Origin: Chrysemys picta bellii
Lineage: Eukaryota
NCBI RefSeq assembly: GCF_011386835.1
Contig: NC_088800.1
Coordinates: 27,156,001 to 27,220,000, forward strand
Length of the DNA stretch: 64,000 nucleotides
Direction of reading: 5' to 3'
Below, one piece after another: positions 56,151-64,000 of this stretch. A model generated the notes under the pieces. That model did not search any database and was not told the DNA's origin. It was given only the letters and a program-made list of their open reading frames with translations. The first letter of the stretch is position 1, and each line of letters begins with the position of its first letter. Made by a program: the position numbers and the translations under genes.

Positions 56151-59043
56151 GTGACTGCATGCTTTGCATATCACTTTTAAAGATGACAATATATCAATAT
56201 AATTTTCAGCACCTTTCATTTTCATGACCTGTTCAAATATAGTCAATAATTACTTGGTTTAACATATCCAGGTGTCTAACAGCATTGAAAACTGAAGGCA
56301 CTATAAAAAAAACCTCTCTCAAAGATTAAAAAACTAGCATAACATGTTAGCAAACTGCTCTGGGGCTACTGTGCCCCTAACTCTCAGTTCATAATGACTG
56401 CACAATCAACAAGCCCACTCCGTACCCAAAAAAAAAAATCTCATGACAGTCATTGCTGAAGTAACATCAGCTTGAACACCTTAATAAAAATGAACCTATC
56501 CATCAAAACAGTCAGTGATTTGCACTAATTTCAAGTGAAAATTGAAGGGAATCTAAAGAGTTCCCTTGACTGGTAAGGAAAAGCCCACCCAAATTCTACT
56601 TAACAAATAAGGCTTATTCCCATCCTCAGTTTAACTGATTGTCAGATAATTTATATGTTCCAAAGTTATGCCTGTAGCTGAGATGAAGACTTCTTACTCT
56701 GCAATACCACCAGCACATTAAGAATATTTTAACTGAAAATGTGAATACTGGAATAAAAGCCAGTACATTTTAGTAAGGACATTTTGAATTGTAATGGTCT
56801 CATCATGACCAGCCTTTCCCTCTCCCCTTCACTGCAGAGGCTCTCTAAACTATCAGTATTGTCAGGATGCGCACCCTTTTGCGGCAGCCTCTACTTTTGG
56901 GGCAGTAAGGTTATGGCATCCAGAAATTAATCGTGTTCCATGTTAACCCAGTGGTAACTGGCATCCAGGGTACTATGTCTGAATGTAGTTGGGCTGTTCA
57001 ATAGTATTTAATTAAAGGGGTCAATCCCCATTGCCTCAGCCCTATAGTCTGAACGCAAGATCATTTGCTGAATTTTTTTTTTCCTTACCCAGCTTGTTGT
57101 AGCAAACTTGTTTAAGATTTATCAATTAAAAGCATTGATTCGATGGTATGGTAGCTACACTGCCACTTTTTTGGCTTGGTATAATTATTTTGCTTTCCTA
57201 CTTTGCTTACCCACTCTTATCTGACTCCACTGTTAAAGGCAACCATGTAGTGCTGATTACACTGGCCAATCGGAGCCACTGACCCTAGACTCAAAAAATG
57301 TGCAGGATAAGCACAAAAAGCATAGAATTGCTGCCACCAACAATTCCTGTCAGTCTCCTGGAGAGCAACTGCACTGCATCCACTGGTCACTCAGGGCCCA
57401 ACTGTGCAAGCCATCCCATAGGTGCCCTCTGTTATCAGCGCTGACCAATGAAAATACCATTAGAAATACTCAGTTAGGTGAGACATTCAAAAAAACTGTT
57501 CCAAACATTTGGTTTAAGATAGGGTTCTAGTTTTTGAAAATGTGCACTTTTGACAGACAGTTATCAGATGTAGCCATCCTTACTTGTAAGCCAAAGACTG
57601 AAGCAAATGTATGAAGGTATTTTGCTATTGAACTTTAAACCTTTTTATAATAGATATTAAATATTGAAATAATAGGGTCCTAAATCATCTTTGAATCAAA
57701 TATTACAGAACACAAAAATATCCACAGGTTTAACCAGGTGAAAGGCCTTTTGGCTTACACACAGTTAAAAATTAAGAACTGTCATATATATCACGTATTT
57801 TAAAAACAGCTTTTTCCTTAAGGCTACACATTCCAACAGAAGCTAGTTCAGATGCTTGACTTCAACCGGAATGATATGAAATGGTTTGCAATAAAAATCT
57901 GAAAAAATCTTAGATTAGTGATTGCCTTTGAAAAACTGTTTTGAGTGTACCTGTAATATGATTTAGTAATATGCAGATGTAGTCATTTGTCCTCAAAAAG
58001 CACTTGAAAAATCCACTTGTTCACTCACCCATGGTGAGTAGCAATCTTTCCCAGGGGAATGTCATCAATTTTTGCAGAATCTATGCAGAGTGGGGGTTAG
58101 TGGGTGTGGATGACAGACTGATGGAACAAGTTAGAGAAAAAGTATAAGGAAGAGATAGTAAATTACATTTTTTTAAATGCATTAAGTAGAAAGCTAATTG
58201 ACAGTACAGTTAAACAGAAGACAGTTTATTATTCCTTTGAATATGCATGGGTCTTGGTTGTACATGTATTTTTCACCCTGATTGGCAGACTTAATTCTGG
58301 GACTATGAGGTGCGAAGTAAGTTTTTCAAATCCTGTCCTCAAATGAAAATAATCAATTACTAATTAATGTCTAGCACAATAAACTCATCCTTTAATAGAA
58401 CTACAATTACCTATTTAAGATTATGTTTGTTCTGCAGTTGGTATGTTGGCAATGTCTAGGCTGAGAAGGATCTTTCCCTGAAGGGCAATTTACCATTACT
58501 CTTCAATTTTTGGGACAGTTTCATTCCTTGAATCAAAGTTTCCACCTTTTTCAATGCAAGATCAGGGACCCTACAGGAGCAAGGAGTTGAGCCAACACAA
58601 GAACTCAAGTAGATTTATAGTCCAGTATGGAAGTTGCAACCTCAGGAGTTAACATGACAAAATACAGCTTCCTACGTTTAAGTTGCAGACTTCATGAAAG
58701 ATTCAATCTTCCACCCGAGAATTATGAATTACCTTACAAACATCATTTGAGATGAAGGGATAGATCTGATTTACAAGATTGCTATAGAAGCCTAGCTTTT
58801 CTTTCAACCTTAAAATGAAACGCAATATTACGAAAGAAGGTTTCGAAACTACTGCTGGAGAGTTTATTAAAGGAAAGTGAACATCAAAACAATAAGGCAA
58901 TATTTGTGATCAAGAAGAAAAGTCTGTTAGAAAGTAAAATACTGCCACTGAGATGGAGACCAATATCCCATATTAAGAGGGAAGGCATATAATGGAGTAA
59001 GTTAAACTCATTTACAATCAAACTCCCTTACACATACTTACAC

Positions 59044-59373
59044 TGGGGGTTCTCAATCTTTTTTTCTGAGGCCCCCCCTAACATGCCATAAAAACTCCAT
59101 GGCCCAGCTGTGCCACAACCACTGTTTTTCTGCATATAAAAGCCAGAGCCAACATTAGGGGGTAGCAAGCAGGGCAATTTTCTAGGGCCCCACGCCACCG
59201 GTGGCACTGCGATGCTAAGTTGTTCAATCTTTGGCGTCAACCCCCAATGATGGGGCTTGGGGCCCCAGGCTGCAATCCTGCATGGCGGGGCTTTGGCTTT
59301 CTGTCCTGAGCACTAGTGAGTCTAATGCCGGCGATGCTTGGTGGACCACCTGAAACCTGGTTGAGAACCACTG
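59044..59373. mobile_element. hAT-type MITE
   Basis: TIR-like ggttctcaa / ttgagaaccactg; TSD ACTTACAC / AGTTACAC (7/8). Confidence 0.75.
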
Positions 59374-61417
59374 AGTTACACCATATTGGAGTCCCTCTAG
59401 TGTCTCATTCCTTCTGAATTCACTACCCTCCTAATAGGATACTGATAGCAGTAGGGGACCTACCTGAATGAGAATCAACTGGGTTTGCAAATCCTGGGCA
59501 TGTAAAATTAACTGTAGGCAGGTTAATTTTAATTCTAACCTGTACCTCTTGCACATGCAACTTTTCATTTTCTCCTATTTCAGACCTTGAAAAAATAAAA
59601 TAATTTTTGTACTGACTGCAAGGCAGCGATGTCAACTGATCTAAACAATAAAGTTTATGATTCCGAAGATTTAACAGGTTTCCATATGTTACTTTTAATG
59701 GTCTTAACTGCCCTTGTGTTTTATTAAGTGTTCATTTAAAATCTCAAGCATTAAAGCTGCCAAACAAATGGTATTTAGATGATTATCCAATTATAAAAAA
59801 AACTTACTGTAATCTGTTTTTGAAGTTGTAAAAGGTTTACTTTATTTGGTAAATTTATAGTATAAGAGCTTGTTTTAATTTGTATTTACAAGTTAACTGC
59901 TTTGTGTGGTTGTGGTGTACTGTGCATTTTGTTTTAGTACAAATATTGAAGTAGTAAGTTGTCAGAAATACTACACACAGTAGTGATACAATAGTTATAT
60001 ATTTGATACTATTAGCAGAGACTACTTATCTAAGTATCAGTTCAATTAAAATGACTCAAATGTAAAGAGCTGTAAATGTCTTTGGTCTCCATGTTATTAA
60101 GCAGCATCTACAGATTAAAAGACAGATCACACTGAAGCAAGCCAGCCACACTTGAATACTCTGATTCTTCACACATTGTTTTCCCCCCAATGTCACCAGC
60201 AAGTTTTCTGGACACTGAGCTGAAGGGTCTTTTGATTCTTCTCTATACAGTGAACTGATGGCAGTTAAAAATCAAGTAATGAAGTAGTATTACAGCCTAG
60301 CCTGCACATCAGATATTTCTGTAAAGAAAAAGCAGCTCCAAATGCACCAGATGAGCCCAAGAAAGCAGTAAGGTTAGAATACGAGATCCTCTGCATCTTC
60401 ACTCACAAACACGGACTTCTCTCAGCAGTAGCCTCTGATCCTCCACAAGCCCCAAAAGGAAACAGAGCCACAGAAAAGAAAAAAGTTTCATAGATGGTAT
60501 CAGAGCTGTTCAATTAAGTTTATTAAACACCCGTCTGGTATCGTTAGAATTTTCCTCTGGAAAAACTTCAGCAAGTTACAGCAATTAATTCACGAAGTTG
60601 TTCTAAGCGTTCAAACCTTTATAAAGAATTATTTTGATAGCTTCTGCTTTCATGTATATGCACTTTTTTCCCTCCAGAAAAACTAATGCAAGAAAATGTA
60701 AACACAGCAAGGTATTGTTCTAAATTGGAATGTTAAACAATAATTGATCAGCAAGTTGAAATTGGATTAGTTTTCAATATTTTGAAATATTCATAAATCT
60801 ATTAGTATTCTAATAGTATTCTTTAATTTTCAATAACTATTTTGAGATACATTTACCATTAGCACAAGTGCAAAAGTGCTTCTCCCCATCTAAAAAGAAT
60901 AGCTTTGTTCTCCTTACAAAAACATATCTTGTGTAGAAAGGCTTTGGATAATTGCTTAGAATTACAATTTTCCACACTTCTGCAATATTTTAATGGTCTG
61001 TTATAAAAGTCACTATGACTAAGGAATAAGCCAAGATCTTCAAAGTCAATTTAAAAAGGGTGAATCTTCTGAAGTGAGGATTAAAGCGTTGTAATAAAAA
61101 TATATAGATGTGCCACACTTCTACAAAAGCTTTTGTCTCATTTTAACAGACACTTCTCCTTTTGTACAATGGGCAAGAGTTTTAAAAAGTTTAGAAGTAG
61201 CTATGCTTAGTGCCCTTGCACGTTTAAGGAGATGCAAGTATTATATTAACCTGTATTATCAAGTGTTTACAACTGGGCCATTAAAGTATCACCCAGTCTG
61301 CAAGCTAAGTTAAGAATTCAGCTAGGAAATGAGGTTTTAAAATATAAAGTCCCCTGCTAAGGCCTCACAACTGACTCCATGCAGGCAGACCACTATACAC
61401 AGGCAGAGCCTTAAAGT

Positions 61418-61888
61418 AGGTCTACACTATAAGCACTTCAGCAGTACGGCTGTGGTGCTGCAGTGTAGATGCTTGCTACCGCAACAGAAGGATTTTCAGT
61501 CGCTGTAGTAAAACTATCCCCTCAGAAGGTGGTAGTTAGGTCAATAGAAGAATTCTTCCATCAATCTAGTGATATCTATACTTAGGCTATGTCTACATTG
61601 AAACCATTACAGCACCACAATTGCAGCTGTGCTGCTGTAGCGCTTTAGTGTAGACACTCACTACAGCAACCGGGGGATGGGGTGGGGGTGGGGTGTTCTC
61701 TCATTGCTGTTAATCCACCTCTCCCAATAAGCAGTAGGTAGGCTGATGGAAGAATTCTTCCATCGACTTAGCACCATCTACAACCAGGGTTAGGTCGCCT
61801 TACCCCTACATAGCTCAGGGGTGTGGATTTTTCACGCTCCTTAGAAACGTGGTTGGGTTGACCTAAGTTTTAGGTGTAAACCAAGACT
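61418..61888. repeat. Two adjacent copies of a gtctacact MITE-like family; a further copy at about 63005-63265
   Basis: Repeated tgtctacact..agtgtaga and taggtc(a)atggaagaattcttcc blocks. Confidence 0.6.
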
Positions 61889-64000
61889 CAAGGACTTGTT
61901 TGGTGCAGCGCATTGCAGACTCATGGTCTATGTTTCAAGACATTTCACCTAAACCCTACAAGCTCAAATGGTCTGCACTCAAGATGACTTTTGCAAACAA
62001 ATCATAAAAGACATCTTTTTTGGGTGGGATTTAAGTGCCAGTTTATTGTAGTTAAACGCTGCAAAAAATGTGCAATATTCTCCCCTCTCCACAAAGTGTA
62101 TTTACAATCTTTGCAAGCATGGTTTATTAACAATCAGTGCTTCTGAAACACACCAATAAGTATTTTTAATGTACATTCAGAACATAGAGTTATGACTGAA
62201 TATCAAAGAAGTCAGTTCATACAATAGCAATTGTAAAAAACTGTAAACACATTTTCTTCCATATTACAATAAAAATAAGTTATGTATAAAACAAAAGCTA
62301 TACTCATTGTTAGGAATCCCAAGGTTGAATATTTGCCCTTAATCCATCCACCTACCTTTTCCAGGTACTGCTGTTTATAGTAAGTAATGATTTCTTGATC
62401 TAATATCTATTTACCTGTTGGCAAATGTCACCCACAACACTGCATTGCTTGCTTTTGTGGTTGAAACACCAGCATCATCAGTTTTAAAGAGTGTCATAAT
62501 TTTTATAAAACACTTTATTTCTACTGAGCATTGTGTGTATATTTAATCTTTGCTGTTTAGTTTAAGAATGCATTCAAAACAATTAACCTAAGAATTACCA
62601 GACCAGAAATATCTAGTCCACTACTCAGCCTGCAGCAGCAGGCAGCACCACATGTTTCAGGAGAAGGTGCAAAAATCCCAAAGTGGGCAATTGTGTACTA
62701 ACCTGCTGTTTCTATTTGGAGACCTACATAACACTTCTGAATTGTGATTGATTTGAGGAAGTTTCTGCATCACTAAATGCCTCAGGGGATATATAGTCAG
62801 TCATCTGCTATCAGGGCTGGTGTCATGTCTCTCCCAGACTAGGAGCAATGGATAGTCATCACCAAAACAGCTCTTACTCAAGAGGGAGCACCTTAGGACA
62901 ATGGAAAGGCTGAAGCCTATGGGAACCAGTTCAACCAAGTTTGTCCACAGAGTGGGGGTTTAGAGCAGTGGCTTTTCTCCATAAGGGGCATAAAAACCAG
63001 GGGATGGGCTACACTGAAAACTTACGTCTGCAGAGATGTGTCTCTCAGGATGTAAAAAAATCCATCCTCTGAGAGACGTAGCTATGCCGATCTAACCCCC
63101 AGTTTAGACAGGGCTAGGTCAATGGAAGAGTTCTTCTGTCAATCTAGTTACTGCCTCTAAGGGAGGTCAATTAACTACAGCAACAAGAGAACCCCTCCCA
63201 ATCACTGTAGTGATTGTCTACACTGAAGCACTGCTGCCGTAGCATATTAAGTGTAGATACAGCCTAGGTGCGGGTACAGCTCTTTAAAACCAGGGGCTGA
63301 GGAGGGAGAGAGAACTATCTGACTGCGGGACACCAGCCACAGCTAGAGGAAATGAACTGCAGAGTTCAGACAGTGACTCCAGGATCTGGAAGAGAACCCT
63401 GACCTGGAGGAATGGAGTCCTGGAACCACGAGAAGACACAGAGTACAGTCCCAAAGAATGCTGCAAAGTGCTGAGGAAACCGAGGGAAGAATTTTTGCGC
63501 AGATGTTTCTTGTTTTGCCTAGATCTGTACCTCTGACCCCATCTAAAATGAAGAGTTATTGTGTTGGAAATCATATGTAAGTTTAGCGGTTTGCTTCAGC
63601 TATTAGATGTCTCTGAAGGGATAAACCATAAAGCAGAGTGCCCACAATGCTGGAGTTCTGGAATGGATGTACTTAAGTTATTGGAAAGCCTTGCGAGGAT
63701 GATGCTAATATCAGGGCCTAGGCAAGTAGGCAATAAAGTCCCAGCTCAGAGAGGGGCCAGAGTTAGATGAAGGATCTGTACCCTGTGTGCCTAGAGACCC
63801 AAAGCCAGAGATAGTACCTGGAATATGATCAGAAAGCCAAAAAACACAGAAGTCCAGTGTTGAGATCCAAACTCAGCAGCCTGGTGAGTGTCTACAAGGA
63901 GCTCAACCAGAACGGTGACACCTATCTGTGTAGGAAGTTTCCTCCTAACCCCTTAAGTAAGAAGTTGGCTTATATCCTGAAGCGCGCAGATTTATATCCC

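Noticed and set aside
46511-64000. ADAM10 exon 2 (and exon 13 within 1-1707)
   Set aside because: No matching coding sequence found by eye; presumed to lie outside the window.

Overview
Vertebrate genomic DNA, most likely a turtle (inferred from the repeat repertoire). The window covers the middle of ADAM10 on the minus strand: ten coding exons equivalent to human exons 3-12 (46510 down to 1708). All have GT-AG boundaries and join in one continuous frame; exons 2 and 13 were not found inside the window. The main accessory feature is a young, full-length DIRS1-type tyrosine-recombinase retrotransposon (5156-11384, same strand as ADAM10) in intron 10, 56 nt from the exon 11 acceptor. It has 166 bp of perfectly identical inverted terminal repeat, an internal complementary region (ICR) that spells the circle junction, a gag-like ORF, an RT-RNaseH-methyltransferase ORF broken by one TGA, and an intact recombinase ORF overlapping pol by about 2 kb. 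The introns also hold an old DIRS relic, a Gmr1-like gypsy fragment (integrase before RT), RTE, L1-like and CR1 LINE fragments, hAT MITEs with 8-bp TSDs, and short Penelope-like insertions carrying minimal hammerhead ribozyme motifs. The element classes are known. The most promising new leads are the single TTT-TGA junction where the gag, pol and recombinase frames meet, TATA-Inr promoters in both ITRs, a terminal splice donor next to ADAM10 exon 11, and an intact hammerhead core on the ADAM10 sense strand.
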